Below, one piece after another: positions 52,361-62,303 of a DNA stretch of 64,000 nucleotides. This stretch comes from Syntrophorhabdaceae bacterium (GTDB lineage: Bacteria; Desulfobacterota; Syntrophorhabdia; Syntrophorhabdales; Syntrophorhabdaceae). The stretch is from positions 4,736,001 through 4,800,000 of the forward strand of contig OY762209.1 of assembly GCA_963665295.1 (NCBI GenBank), written 5' to 3'. Each line of letters begins with the position of its first letter. Within the stretch, counting starts at the first letter, position 1. The notes under the pieces are model-generated. The model was not told where the DNA came from, did no database searches, and worked only from the letters and a program-made list of their open reading frames with translations. The translations under genes and the position numbers were made by a program.

Positions 52361-53089
52361 CTACTTAAAGAGCGTCACCACGCCGTCATCGAGATCATAC
52401 CTGGCAGCCACAATCCTCACCTTCTTTTCTTCCACCAGGTGCCTGAGGACCGCGGATTTCTTTGTAAGGCTTGCGGCCACCGCCTTTGTGTTGGCATCGA
52501 CCACACATTCCACGAACTCGTCCTTCTTTGCTTCAGCGCATTTAGCCTCACCCTTGCAGGGTCCGCAATCATGGGCGGCCGACTTTATGCTGGGCGCAAT
52601 GATTTTCACGATGGCATCGATATTTGCGCTACCCGTGCTTCTTCCTTTTGCGTCTACGGCAGCCTTGACGGCTCCGCAACGTTCGTGACCAAGTACCATT
52701 ACCAGGGGCGTCCCCAGGTGCTCCGCGGCATACTCAATGCTCCCGAGCACCACGGGATCAGGCACATTTCCCGCCACACGGACCACAAAAACCTCGCCCA
52801 GACCCTTGTCAAATATGATTTCCGGCGGAACGCGGGAGTCGGAACAGGTGAGGATTACCGCGTATGGCCTCTGTGATCTTGCAAGGGAGGCCCGTGTTGC
52901 AGGGTCACTCCTCAACCCATTCGTGAGCTTGTTTTCCACATATCGCTTGTTACCGTCCATCAGCTTCCCAAGCGCCTCGTCCGGCGACATGCCTGCAATC
53001 GTGCCTGAACTCGCAAAAGCGAGTCCGGCGGCAAGCGCCACAAATCCCCATGTTGCCGCCACACGCTTCACCGCGTTTCTTCTCCACAT
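52361..53089 (-). CDS. Exported beta-class carbonic anhydrase
   Basis: Signal peptide; CSDSRV, RVAGN, GSIEYA, GHERCGAV. ATG 53089 follows GGAGG. Confidence 0.92.
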   Translation of the reverse strand: MWRRNAVKRVAATWGFVALAAGLAFASSGTIAGMSPDEALGKLMDGNKRYVENKLTNGLRSDPATRASLARSQRPYAVILTCSDSRVPPEIIFDKGLGEVFVVRVAGNVPDPVVLGSIEYAAEHLGTPLVMVLGHERCGAVKAAVDAKGRSTGSANIDAIVKIIAPSIKSAAHDCGPCKGEAKCAEAKKDEFVECVVDANTKAVAASLTKKSAVLRHLVEEKKVRIVAARYDLDDGVVTLFK

Positions 53090-53476
53090 ATAATCCACCT
53101 CCATTTGGGATACGGTATCTCCTGCAGAAACCGCAGATACCGGTAATTCGTCTCGATCAAGGGGCATATGTGAATTCCGTCCATCCTCGTGCCCCGATAC
53201 TTGCCACTCCTCTCCCCCGCGCAATTCACCTATACGGCAGTCACGCCGCTCCTGTCAACAGAAAGTTGTTGCCGCGACGTAAGCCATGCCTTTGTAATGG
53301 AGTTTTATAAAGATTCAATGTCCCGAGGAAAGGAGGCGTTCCCGGGTTACAGGGCCGCCCTGGTAACAAAAATGGTTTTGAAACCCGGGTAGATCACACG
53401 ATCGCCCACAGACCCTCCGGCCGGGAGGTAAAGGCCCGGCCTGTCGGCATACCGCGTAGATCACAGCGGGTAGCGA

Positions 53477-54148
53477 TCACTTCCCGCCTTCTTTGGAGAA
53501 CCTGTACTTTTTAAGGCTGAGCCCGGGCAGATATTCCTGGGTAGCGTCCCTGAAGCGGTCCTTGTCCCAGATGAACACGTCGGTCTTCCTCTTCACGATC
53601 GTACCTTCCTTCGGGTCATCCAGGTCCATGTCCGTTTCCAAGGACCTGCGAACGATATCGAGCCACCCGTCCTTATTCAGGTCTTCAACCCAGGCCTGGA
53701 TATTCATCTCGTAGCCTCCATCGCTCCACCAATCGGCAAGTCTCAGCGGCTGTTGCCACGTGCCCCGCCCGGTATCGAATACCCAGAGGTCTATGGCATC
53801 GCTGGCATACATGCCCGGAACCCTAAGCAGGAAACACTTCCAACGGGAGTCTTGAGAAAACTTGTGGACGGCGAAGACTTCGCCGGGCATCTCGGCGTTC
53901 TTCAGGTCTCCGTATGCAGAAGCAAAGAAGTCGTATGCGGAAACGGGAAGGCGAACACCCTCGAAGCCGGTATGTTCACGAACACTATAGACATGGAAAG
54001 GGAATTCGCTGATCTCCTTCGATTCCCGCGAGAGAAGCTCAAAGGCCTCCTTACCCGAGAAGCTGTAAACCGAAAAGGGAAGGACGCAGAAAACTACGAT
54101 CACCGCCATTCCCGTGATCCGTCGAATAACTAACTCAGTCCCGGTCAT
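53477..54148 (-). CDS. Secreted hypothetical protein
   Basis: N-terminal hydrophobic segment; DLNKDGWLDIV (FG-GAP/EF-like DxDxDG loop); ATGA overlap. Confidence 0.7.
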   Translation of the reverse strand: MTGTELVIRRITGMAVIVVFCVLPFSVYSFSGKEAFELLSRESKEISEFPFHVYSVREHTGFEGVRLPVSAYDFFASAYGDLKNAEMPGEVFAVHKFSQDSRWKCFLLRVPGMYASDAIDLWVFDTGRGTWQQPLRLADWWSDGGYEMNIQAWVEDLNKDGWLDIVRRSLETDMDLDDPKEGTIVKRKTDVFIWDKDRFRDATQEYLPGLSLKKYRFSKEGGK

Positions 54149-54591
54149 TGTCTCTCCTGTTTCTTTACGATGGTTCCATAGATAGTCGATTCGTAAACCA
54201 GCATCCCTTTCTGGTTCTCGATGCCGACTTCAAACTTGGCTATCTTCCGTCTGCCCTGCCATTTCTTGATCAATACGTTCATCTGGTCCTTTGGATAGAG
54301 AAGACCCCTCAGCTTGATATGCTCGATCATACCCACTGGAATATCGTCAAAATCGGGGTACAGAAGGCGGATCAGAAGCCTGATTCCCTGATTTATCAGT
54401 TTCCCCACCGCATAGTCCGGATACACGGGATAGTCCGGTATATGACTTCTGAAATCAATATCATTTTTTGCCAGTAATTTGAAGATCTTAAGGTCATTCG
54501 GATAAAGAGCGTCGTAAACCGCCCTGTCGATGACGACGTATTTCTCCTGTAGTCCAAGCAGTGTCCCGATTCGCTCCCTGTCGAGGTTCAT
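54145..54591 (-). CDS. FabZ-like hotdog-fold protein (divergent active site)
   Basis: YVVIDR..FRSHIPDYPVYPD..NQ..IKLRGLLYPKD aligns by eye to FabZ motifs. Confidence 0.7.
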   Translation of the reverse strand: MNLDRERIGTLLGLQEKYVVIDRAVYDALYPNDLKIFKLLAKNDIDFRSHIPDYPVYPDYAVGKLINQGIRLLIRLLYPDFDDIPVGMIEHIKLRGLLYPKDQMNVLIKKWQGRRKIAKFEVGIENQKGMLVYESTIYGTIVKKQERQ

Positions 54592-54761
54592 AAGGTCACA
54601 GTCTAATTATAGCAGCCCCCGGGCAAATTTGCCGGCCCCTTCAGCCTCGGTCCCATAATTCTTCCTTTTCCCCGGGCGAGGCAAAAAGGACCGGAACCGA
54701 AAGGCTCCGCGTTTCAGTGATCATTCTTCCTGCGGAAAATGAGCCTTCGCGGATTGCAGCT

Positions 54762-55136
54762 TCACGACAGATCGCGTGTCCCGTCAATCTCCCTTATGCA
54801 ACTCACGATCCCCCTGGTGTATAACCTTCCCACGCTTTCAAAGAGGATGTACTTCGTGGTGAGGAGGGGAATCTGCAACTCCTCCGCGAGTTTGATGGTT
54901 TCGGGAAAAGGACGCTTTCCCCGGACTATGATGACCGCCGCTATATCGAGAACGTCAGCAGTGCGGATAACCTGAGAGTTTGCCAGTCCTGTCAGCAACA
55001 GACTTCCGGGTTTGCAGAAGACCAGAACATCGCTGAGCAGGTCGGCGCAGCCCCCTTCTGTTATCTCCAGGCCAAGTCGATCATGGCCGACAATAACCTC
55101 AGCGTCAAGTATTTCCTGGACCTCCCGCAGCGTCAT
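54762..55136 (-). CDS. DRTGG-domain protein
   Basis: MTLREVQEIL..ADLLSDVL..LLTGLAN.QVIRTA..RGK..IPLLTT. Confidence 0.85.
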   Translation of the reverse strand: MTLREVQEILDAEVIVGHDRLGLEITEGGCADLLSDVLVFCKPGSLLLTGLANSQVIRTADVLDIAAVIIVRGKRPFPETIKLAEELQIPLLTTKYILFESVGRLYTRGIVSCIREIDGTRDLS

Positions 55137-55435
55137 CTGCGGCTCTTTTCCCTCATGTGAATATGATATGTTAGGAACAGGCTATAATCAACGCTTAAAT
55201 TTCAATAACGCGATAGTTTTCTGTGCACCGGCCAATCCGGAAAATGGCTGATGAATGAGGGTGAACCCGATCCTGACTCCCCCGGAAGCGGAGATACAAC
55301 GCGCCTGCCGGGTAATGAGGCGACAGAAATCGCGGTGCCCGCTGACGACATCCTGCGCCGGGAACACGAGGCAACGCATACACAGATCGCGTCACATTCA
55401 CTATACGTAATCGGTTCGGATTGTCGTTGATTTTT

Positions 55436-55510
55436 TGGAGGCGGCATCCGGATTTGAACCGGAGAATAACGGTTTTGCAGACCGCTGCCTTACCACTTGG
55501 CTATGCCGCC
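55436..55510 (-). tRNA. tRNA-Cys(GCA)
   Basis: GGCGGCATAGCCAAGTGGTAAGGC..CTGCAAA..GGTTCAAATCC..GCCGCCTCCA cloverleaf with encoded CCA. Confidence 0.97.
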
Positions 55511-55601
55511 GCTCACTGATTTATTCAGCAAATAGTGCACAGTGAATAGCGTGAGGCCTTCTGCTATCCACCTAGCCTCTATTCGCGGTCAACTGCTTTT
55601 A

Positions 55602-55676
<75 letters not shown>

Positions 55677-55686
55677 ATGGTGTCTT

Positions 55687-55716
55687 TTTATAATACAAAA
55701 CAGAGTGCCATGTCAA
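55687..55716 (-). promoter_or_regulatory. Sigma70 promoter of the tRNA-Gly/Cys pair
   Basis: Minus strand TTGACA-N18-TATAAA just upstream of tRNA-Gly. Confidence 0.6.
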
Positions 55717-55794
55717 ACCTTTCTTGCATTCCCGCGGTGAGAAAATTCATTTACCCTGGAATACCCTCATCGAGGCGGTCGGTCCGGGCGCACC

Positions 55795-55830
55795 AAATCA
55801 AAGGGCCTCCCTTTCGGGAGGCCCTGTTTT
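55795..55830. terminator. Intrinsic terminator after dctM
   Basis: Perfect 10-bp stem agggcctccc-tttc-gggaggccct (GAAA loop on the minus strand) with T-rich tails. Confidence 0.8.
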
Positions 55831-55866
55831 TCGGTTATGCGTGACGCCCTGGCGGGCAGATTGGCC

Positions 55867-57171
55867 CTAGCTGGGCATGAGTACGCCGGGAAGCCATGTA
55901 GCAAGCTGCGGGAATATGAAGAGCACTATGCCGCCCACCACAAGACTTATGAGGAACGGATATACACCGGCATAGATTACACTGAAGGGCGTCTTTGTGA
56001 TCTGCTTCACCACAAAGACGTTGATAGCCACCGGAGGGACCACCACGCCGATCATAACGGTAATACCGATCATCATCCCGAACCAGAGCGGGTTGTAGCC
56101 GAGCTTCTGGATGGCAGGGAAGAATATCGGGGTCGCAAGGATCATGAAAGCAAGGTCATCGATAAAAGACCCGCCCACAAGATAGATAAGGGAGATGAAG
56201 ATGAGGATTATCGACGGATGGAGAGGAAGACTTGTAATCCAGTCCGCCGCGATCATCGGTATCTTCGTAACTGCGATGAAGTGACCGAGAACCGTCGAAC
56301 CGGCAATGAGCATGAGAACCATACACGCCGTCCGGACCGACTCCATCACGGATTTGATATACCCCTTGAAGTTGAGGTCTCTTTTGCCGAATGTCAACAG
56401 GAGCACGAGAAACGTACCGACGCTGCCTGCCTCGGTAGGCGTGAAGAAGCCTTTAAGGATACCGCCGATTACGAGGATGAAGATGAGAACAACCCACCCT
56501 ATCTCGGGGATCGATTTAGCCCTCTCACCCCAGGTCGATTTCGGGCCCTTCGGACCGATCTTGGGGCTCATTTTACACCAGCCGTAGATGATGCATACAA
56601 AGAAACAGGCGATCATAAGGCCGGGGAAAATACCGGCAAGGAAAAGTCTTCCAATCGACTGGTCGGTGATAATGCCGAATATGATGAGGGTCACGCTGGG
56701 AGGCAGAAGAACGCCCAGAGTTCCCACGCTCGACACGATACCCGTCGAAAGCCTCTTATCATAGCCATAGCGATCCATTTCAGGTACTGCAACACTCGCG
56801 AAGGTAGCCGCCGTAGCAGGAGACGAACCGCAGATAGACTTGAATGCCGTCGCTCCCGCCACTGTTGCCATGGCAAGGCCGCCGGGGATATGTCCGATAA
56901 ATTTATAGGCCGCATCGAAGAGCCTCTTCGCGATGCCCGAGTTAAAAGCAACCTGACCCATCAAAATAAAGAGAGGAATGACGGTAAATCCATACGTGTT
57001 GAGAACGTCAAAAAAATCCTTTGCGAGCAGGTTAAAAGCGGCCCCCCACGAGATGAGGTAGCCGAAACCGAGAAAACCTATGACTATCATGGCAAACGCC
57101 AATTCTATTCCTGTAAGGAACAAGACTAATACGACTGCCAAACCTATTATGCCGACGACGACCTCATTCAT
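55867..57171 (-). CDS. dctM: TRAP transporter large permease
   Basis: IPLFILMG, ICGSSPATAA, GTLGVLLPPS, FTPTEAG, VVPPVAINVFV. Confidence 0.92.
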   Translation of the reverse strand: MNEVVVGIIGLAVVLVLFLTGIELAFAMIVIGFLGFGYLISWGAAFNLLAKDFFDVLNTYGFTVIPLFILMGQVAFNSGIAKRLFDAAYKFIGHIPGGLAMATVAGATAFKSICGSSPATAATFASVAVPEMDRYGYDKRLSTGIVSSVGTLGVLLPPSVTLIIFGIITDQSIGRLFLAGIFPGLMIACFFVCIIYGWCKMSPKIGPKGPKSTWGERAKSIPEIGWVVLIFILVIGGILKGFFTPTEAGSVGTFLVLLLTFGKRDLNFKGYIKSVMESVRTACMVLMLIAGSTVLGHFIAVTKIPMIAADWITSLPLHPSIILIFISLIYLVGGSFIDDLAFMILATPIFFPAIQKLGYNPLWFGMMIGITVMIGVVVPPVAINVFVVKQITKTPFSVIYAGVYPFLISLVVGGIVLFIFPQLATWLPGVLMPS

Positions 57172-57646
57172 ATTTGCCTCCGATTATCTTGAAAATATCA
57201 CAGATCAGGACAACACACTGGACGAAACAGCAAACCCCCAGCCCATACGCGATGGGATAAAAGGGAAGCTGACGGGTAAGGGTGACCTCGCCCGACTTGA
57301 AGAGTTCAAAAGCCACTCTAAAAAGGTTCCATCCTATGAGAAAGAAGAGCACTATACCTAATATTCTCGTGACGGTATTCAAGATATTCTGGACCGGCTT
57401 CGGGCATTTCTGATAGAAAAAATCAACGAAGATATGACCTCTCATCCATGAGGTAATGGGGATAGCGAACCCGATAACTATCGCCCCGCCGAGACCGACC
57501 ATCTCAAAAGTGCCGACTATGGGCATCCCGAAAAGCCTCAGAACAACGTCAGACACGGTGAGAAGCATAATGAAGGTCAGGGCCACGCAAGCAACTGCTT
57601 GCATCCACTTACTTACTCTTTCGACAACACTGAATACTCCTTCCAT
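57164..57646 (-). CDS. dctQ: TRAP transporter small permease
   Basis: 4 TM segments, SDVVLR..PIVGTFE..GHIFVDFF; ATG 57646 after a GGGGG SD. Confidence 0.9.
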   Translation of the reverse strand: MEGVFSVVERVSKWMQAVACVALTFIMLLTVSDVVLRLFGMPIVGTFEMVGLGGAIVIGFAIPITSWMRGHIFVDFFYQKCPKPVQNILNTVTRILGIVLFFLIGWNLFRVAFELFKSGEVTLTRQLPFYPIAYGLGVCCFVQCVVLICDIFKIIGGKYE

Positions 57647-57801
57647 AAAACCCCCTATTGCAATGAACTGCCCGCCGCTCACAAGCCGCGGGTTACCACA
57701 TTTTGCGCTTATGCAGACTTCGTGATGCGCGTCGCGAATCAACGGTGTTTCCGTGTGCGATCCTGTGTGACTCTTGCTCCCCCCCTTTTTCCGATCTTCT
57801 C

Positions 57802-57828
57802 TCACTCAAGCAATATCTGTTTGTCCAT
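57802..57828 (-). other. 8-codon upstream mini-ORF (MDKQILLE*)
   Basis: SD AAGGAGG upstream of ATG 57828; its TGA overlaps GTG 57805, which is in frame with dctQ. Confidence 0.45.
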
Positions 57829-58498
57829 AGGCATCCTCCTTGGCGTAAATTATTGAGCATCTTTCGTCACCGGGCAAAACCGACCAAATGCCGGCGCCAT
57901 GCTCTTTTTAGTCAGACGGTTGCTGCACATTTCCCCGGGCACGCAGCATGAAGCCGAGGCAACGTCAGGGCTGCACCACCCGACGTGCTTTCCTTCTCGC
58001 GTATGCAAAGGCGCAACGGAACTTTGCGCGATTCCTCTGAGCCCAACAAACCCGGCCTGTCTTCTCAGCTAACTTGTATTACTTTACATAAAATATTTCC
58101 ATGGTTACGTGGGATTTGTCAAGTGAATAAGTACACGAGGCCTTCAGGAAAGCCCCGGCCTTCCTGCCATCTCGGCCGTATGCCCTGCGTGCTCAATGTT
58201 TTTCCCCATGACCTCCCGTCGGCTGAAATTTTGTACGACGGCCCGGATTCTCCTCCGGGGTCCGTTCCATTCCCGGGTCGTTGAGGGTCGGCGGGGAGCG
58301 GGAAGGATGCCTGCCTTCCATTCCCTTGCCGACCCGACTACAGGCTACCAAAGAAGTCGGGAATGTGGTATATTGTGACGCCAAGTTGCCTTCATTTCTA
58401 TGGTTTCGCCGGTCCGCAGAGACGCCCCTCCGGGCCTTCCGCCAATCCCGGATGAATCGTTACGGCTATGGCTCATTTATTGAAAAGGAGAAGAACTC

Positions 58499-59362
58499 AT
58501 GACGGCTGAACAATGGTTTGAAAAAGGGTCCATACTCTACGGATCGGCGCGATATAAGGAAGCGATAGAGGCGTTCACTTCCGCCATCGACCTGGACACT
58601 ACCAAGGCGGTGTCATTCTATAACAGGGCTAACTGTTACGCCGCCATGCGCGATTACCCGGAGGCGGTCAAGGACTACGACAAGGCCCTCGCTCTCGACC
58701 CGGAAGACAGCGAGACCTATCTCAACCGCGGCGTCGCCCTCTACTGCGTCGGAGAAGTAGACAAGGCAATCGATGATTGTACCAGATCCATTGAATTGAA
58801 TCCGGGCGAGGCGAAGGCCTACGTGATCCGGGGAGACGCACTGGGTCTGCTCGGAAAACCCGAAGAGGCCGTAAAGGACTTCAGCAAGGCCATCGAACTG
58901 GCGCCCCGCGATGTCGGGGTTTATTATAACCGTGCTCTCACCTACTTTACCCTCGGCCGTCTTCCCGAGGCGATCCAGGATTACACGAGCGCCATCAACA
59001 TTGACCAGAAATTCGCGCGGGCATACTATAACAGGGGTATCGCATGCAGCCGGGCGGGCGACTACGAGCAGGCCATGAGCGACTACACCACGGGAATAGC
59101 CCTGGGACTCAAACATCCCCAGGCATACTGCGTGCGGGGAGCGCTCAGCGCAAAAATGGGAAACCTCGAAGGCGCCATGGCAGATTTCAACAAGGCAATC
59201 GAAATGGACCCGGAATTCGCGCTTGCCTACTTCTACCTCGGCAACGGATACCTCCAGATGGGAGACGAGGCACGGGCAGTGGAAAACCTGGAAATAGCCG
59301 CTGAAATGGGATTTGACAAGGCACACGAGGTCCTGGAGAAACTCGCGGCACGCAGGAGATAA
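58499..59362 (+). CDS. TPR-repeat protein
   Basis: About 8 consecutive 34-aa repeats (YxNRG..EAIxDYTxAIxLxP); SD AAGGAG. Confidence 0.92.
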   Translation: MTAEQWFEKGSILYGSARYKEAIEAFTSAIDLDTTKAVSFYNRANCYAAMRDYPEAVKDYDKALALDPEDSETYLNRGVALYCVGEVDKAIDDCTRSIELNPGEAKAYVIRGDALGLLGKPEEAVKDFSKAIELAPRDVGVYYNRALTYFTLGRLPEAIQDYTSAINIDQKFARAYYNRGIACSRAGDYEQAMSDYTTGIALGLKHPQAYCVRGALSAKMGNLEGAMADFNKAIEMDPEFALAYFYLGNGYLQMGDEARAVENLEIAAEMGFDKAHEVLEKLAARRR

Positions 59363-59384
59363 GCCGTCGGACCGGAACCGGACC

Positions 59385-60011
59385 CTACCGAAGAAGCTGC
59401 CTCAATCGGTCCATATCTTCCCACGCCTCTTTGACACGATCGCTGTTGCGAAGGAGGAAGGAAGGATGATAGGTAGGCAGAAGTAAAATCCCCTTGTACC
59501 TGACAGGGACGCCCCGTATCCGGGTTATACGTTCGTCCGTGTCGAAAAGGGCGTTGTACGCATGCCGTCCGAGAGTACAAATGACACGGGGGTTGATGAT
59601 TTCCAGCTGAGCGGTCAGGTATTCCTTGCACGCCGCCGTTTCCGCGGGCTCGGGGTCTCTATTTCCCGGGGGTCTGCATTTCAGGACATTGCATATATAC
59701 ACCTCGTCCCGTCGCAAGCCCGCCCTCTCTATCAATTGATCGAGAAGTTGGCCGGCCCTGCCCACAAACGGTCTCCCCTGAGAGTCTTCCTCCTCACCCG
59801 GGGCCTCCCCCACGAAGACGAGGCGCGCATTCGGGTCGCCTTCGCCGAAGACCACGTGCTTTCGGGTGTTTGCAAGGACGCACCTTACACATTCCCTTGC
59901 CTGCCGCTGGACCACGGACAACGTGGCGACATGAGCCCTGTTGAAGACATAGGAATTGACACCCATGCCTTTCAAAGCGATCAGGAAACGCCGTGCTTCC
60001 CGCCTGTCCAT
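59385..60011 (-). CDS. Family-4 uracil-DNA glycosylase
   Basis: CVRC, VGEAPG..PFVG.AG, NVLKCRPP.NR, YHPS. Confidence 0.92.
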   Translation of the reverse strand: MDRREARRFLIALKGMGVNSYVFNRAHVATLSVVQRQARECVRCVLANTRKHVVFGEGDPNARLVFVGEAPGEEEDSQGRPFVGRAGQLLDQLIERAGLRRDEVYICNVLKCRPPGNRDPEPAETAACKEYLTAQLEIINPRVICTLGRHAYNALFDTDERITRIRGVPVRYKGILLLPTYHPSFLLRNSDRVKEAWEDMDRLRQLLR

Positions 60012-61474
60012 CAGCCTCTGAATCTATCCGGTATTGTCTTCACCTTCCTCAGGCTCTCGAGAACAAACGCTGCCTGAAGCATGCGGGCTTCATCAAGAGG
60101 CTTCCCTATGATCTGGAGACCGATGGGAAGTCCCGCCCGGTCAAACCCGCAGGGCACCGACATACCGGGCAGCCCCGCGAGGTTAACGGGGATGGTGAAT
60201 ATGTCGGAAAGATACATCTGGAGCGGGTCTTCTACTTTTTCTCCTATTTTGAAGGCCGTGGTGGGGGAAACGGGGGTCATGACGACATCGCACTCCTTGA
60301 AGGCCTCCTCAAAATCCCTCCTGATAAGGGTCCTCACCTTTCCCGCCTTTCCGTAATAGGCATCATAGTACCCTGACGAGAGCACATAGGTACCGAGGAT
60401 AATCCTCCTCTTCACTTCCTTGCCGAACCCCCTCATCCTCGTCTTCTTGTACATATCGATAATGTCTTTGCCCTCTACCCTCATGCCGTACTTCACCCCG
60501 TCATAGCGGGCAAGGTTGGAGGATGCCTCGGCAGTACAGATGATATAGTACGTGGCTACCGCATACTCCGTGTGGGGCAGGGTTATGTTCACCAGGATGG
60601 CTCCCTGTTTTTCGAGCAACCCCAGGGATTCCTCCACCGATGCCTTTACGTCCGGTTCCATACCCTCGATAAAGTATTCCCCGGGTATTCCGATCTTCAT
60701 CCCCTTGATGTCCCTGCCGAGAAAGGAGACGTAATCAGGCACGGGCTGAGGAATGGAGGTGGAGTCCAGGGGGTCGTATCCCGCGATGGCCCCCAGGACG
60801 ACCGCACAATCGGTCACATTCCTTGTGATGGGACCGATCTGGTCAAGAGACGACGCGAAGGCGACCAGGCCATATCTCGATACCCTGCCGTAAGTCGGCT
60901 TCATGCCCACCGTGCCGCAGAGGGAGGCCGGCTGCCTGATGGAGCCCCCCGTATCGGTTCCGAGACTGGCTACGCAGAGCCCTGCGGCTACCGCGGCCGC
61001 CGAACCGCCGCTCGACCCTCCGGGAATACGGTCGAGGTCCCACGGATTTCTCGTGGTCTGAAAGGAAGAGTTCTCCGTGGACGAGCCCATGGCAAACTCG
61101 TCCATGTTGAGCCTTCCGAGATGCACAAAATGAGATTCCTTCAGCTTTCTGATCACAGTGGCGTCGTAGGGGGCGATAAAGCCCTTCAATATCTGGGACC
61201 CGCATGTGGTTTCGAGGTCCTTCGCGCAGAAAATGTCCTTTATGCCCAAGGGGATCCCGAGAAGAGGGGCATCTTCTCCGTTCTTGATCTTCCGGTCAGC
61301 TTCCCCGGCCATATCCATGGCAATCTCCTCCGTCATCCGGAGGTATGACCGGACCGCTCCGTCATGTTCCTTCGCCCTGTCGAGATAAAACCCGGTGAGC
61401 TCCCGGGAGGTTATCTCACCCTTCTTCAGAAGCTCTCTCATTTCCAGTATGTTCATATCAAGGATTGTTTTCAC
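60011..61474 (-). CDS. gatA: Asp/Glu-tRNA amidotransferase subunit A
   Basis: [42 protein letters not shown]. Confidence 0.96.
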   Translation of the reverse strand: MKTILDMNILEMRELLKKGEITSRELTGFYLDRAKEHDGAVRSYLRMTEEIAMDMAGEADRKIKNGEDAPLLGIPLGIKDIFCAKDLETTCGSQILKGFIAPYDATVIRKLKESHFVHLGRLNMDEFAMGSSTENSSFQTTRNPWDLDRIPGGSSGGSAAAVAAGLCVASLGTDTGGSIRQPASLCGTVGMKPTYGRVSRYGLVAFASSLDQIGPITRNVTDCAVVLGAIAGYDPLDSTSIPQPVPDYVSFLGRDIKGMKIGIPGEYFIEGMEPDVKASVEESLGLLEKQGAILVNITLPHTEYAVATYYIICTAEASSNLARYDGVKYGMRVEGKDIIDMYKKTRMRGFGKEVKRRIILGTYVLSSGYYDAYYGKAGKVRTLIRRDFEEAFKECDVVMTPVSPTTAFKIGEKVEDPLQMYLSDIFTIPVNLAGLPGMSVPCGFDRAGLPIGLQIIGKPLDEARMLQAAFVLESLRKVKTIPDRFRG

Positions 61475-61601
61475 ATTATCTCCTTTCAGAAAAACAGCCG
61501 TTCCTCGCTGTCCTGATTCTCTCCGTCATCGTTCTCCGCCAACGATCGTGACCCATCCGGCCCGCGCTCCCGTCAATCGCGGCGATTCGGTCGCAATTGC
61601 C

Positions 61602-61895
61602 TTAATCGACCTCGATCACAGGGGGAACCTTGAAAAAATTGCCTTTCCGGTCAGGGGCGTTTCTCACCGAGCCTTCGACGCTCAAAGACTCCCTTCCCGC
61701 GTCTTCCCTCAAAACACAGGTGACGGGTACGGCATGGCTCGTCGGTTCAATCCCGTCGGTATTGAGGGCGTTCAGTGTATCCATATGCTGGAGTATCCGG
61801 TCCAGTTGAGATGTATAAAGCTCGATCTCGTGGGGCTCGAGTTCGAGTCTGCCCAGATGGGCCACATATTCTACCACGTTCTTATTGATCTTCAT
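61602..61895 (-). CDS. gatC: Asp/Glu-tRNA amidotransferase subunit C
   Basis: VAHLGRL..PTSH..LRED..NAP..FFKVP. Confidence 0.93.
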   Translation of the reverse strand: MKINKNVVEYVAHLGRLELEPHEIELYTSQLDRILQHMDTLNALNTDGIEPTSHAVPVTCVLREDAGRESLSVEGSVRNAPDRKGNFFKVPPVIEVD

Positions 61896-61922
61896 TTCCG
61901 CTTCTCCTTCAGCGCCGGGCCT

Positions 61923-62294
61923 TTAGCCGCACTCCGCGACCGCTTTAATTATGTCCCCTCTGGTCACAATGCCCACAAGGTTATCATTCTCCATAATCGG
62001 TATCCGGTTCACTCCTTTTTCTATCATAACCCTCGCTATATTTACCACAGATTCCGTCGGAAGCGCGGCAATCACGTCCGTAACCATTACGTCCCTTACG
62101 GTGAGTTCCTGCATCTCTCCTAACTTCAATCCCCTCAAAACGTCGCTCTGGCAAATGATACCCACAAGCTTCCCTTTGTCTACCACCGGCATGCCCGCGA
62201 TGTTGAAGAGTTCAAATTTATTGACAATAACGGCTAGTGTCTCAGAAGCGTGGCATGTCACCACGTTTCTGTTCATAAGTTCTACGACCTTCAT
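61923..62294 (-). CDS. Stand-alone CBS-pair protein
   Basis: MPVVDKGKLVGII..VRDVM..RIPIM..LVGIVTRGDII. Confidence 0.9.
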   Translation of the reverse strand: MKVVELMNRNVVTCHASETLAVIVNKFELFNIAGMPVVDKGKLVGIICQSDVLRGLKLGEMQELTVRDVMVTDVIAALPTESVVNIARVMIEKGVNRIPIMENDNLVGIVTRGDIIKAVAECG

Positions 62295-62303
62295 GGATAC
62301 CCC

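Noticed and set aside
55250..55435. Possible integration (att) scar or 59-aa ORF downstream of tRNA-Cys
   Set aside because: No integrase and no duplicated tRNA 3' end noticed in the window; the ORF lacks an SD and protein-like features.
55837..57129. Long antisense ORFs (430 aa here; also 40386..41657, 29470..30636, 49172..50338, 62436..63620, 27806..28921)
   Set aside because: Each mirrors a well-supported housekeeping gene on the other strand, as expected from codon bias in GC-rich DNA.
57802..57804. TGA of the mini-ORF as selenocysteine
   Set aside because: No convincing SECIS hairpin follows, there is no redox motif, and the frame closes 20 codons later.
57856..57905. GGCAAAACC resembling a c-di-GMP-I riboswitch
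   Set aside because: It lacks the GNRA loop and GACGCAAAGC elements and is on the strand opposite dctQM.
59385..61895. gatB missing after gatC-gatA
   Set aside because: gatB is often encoded separately, so absence from this window is uninformative.
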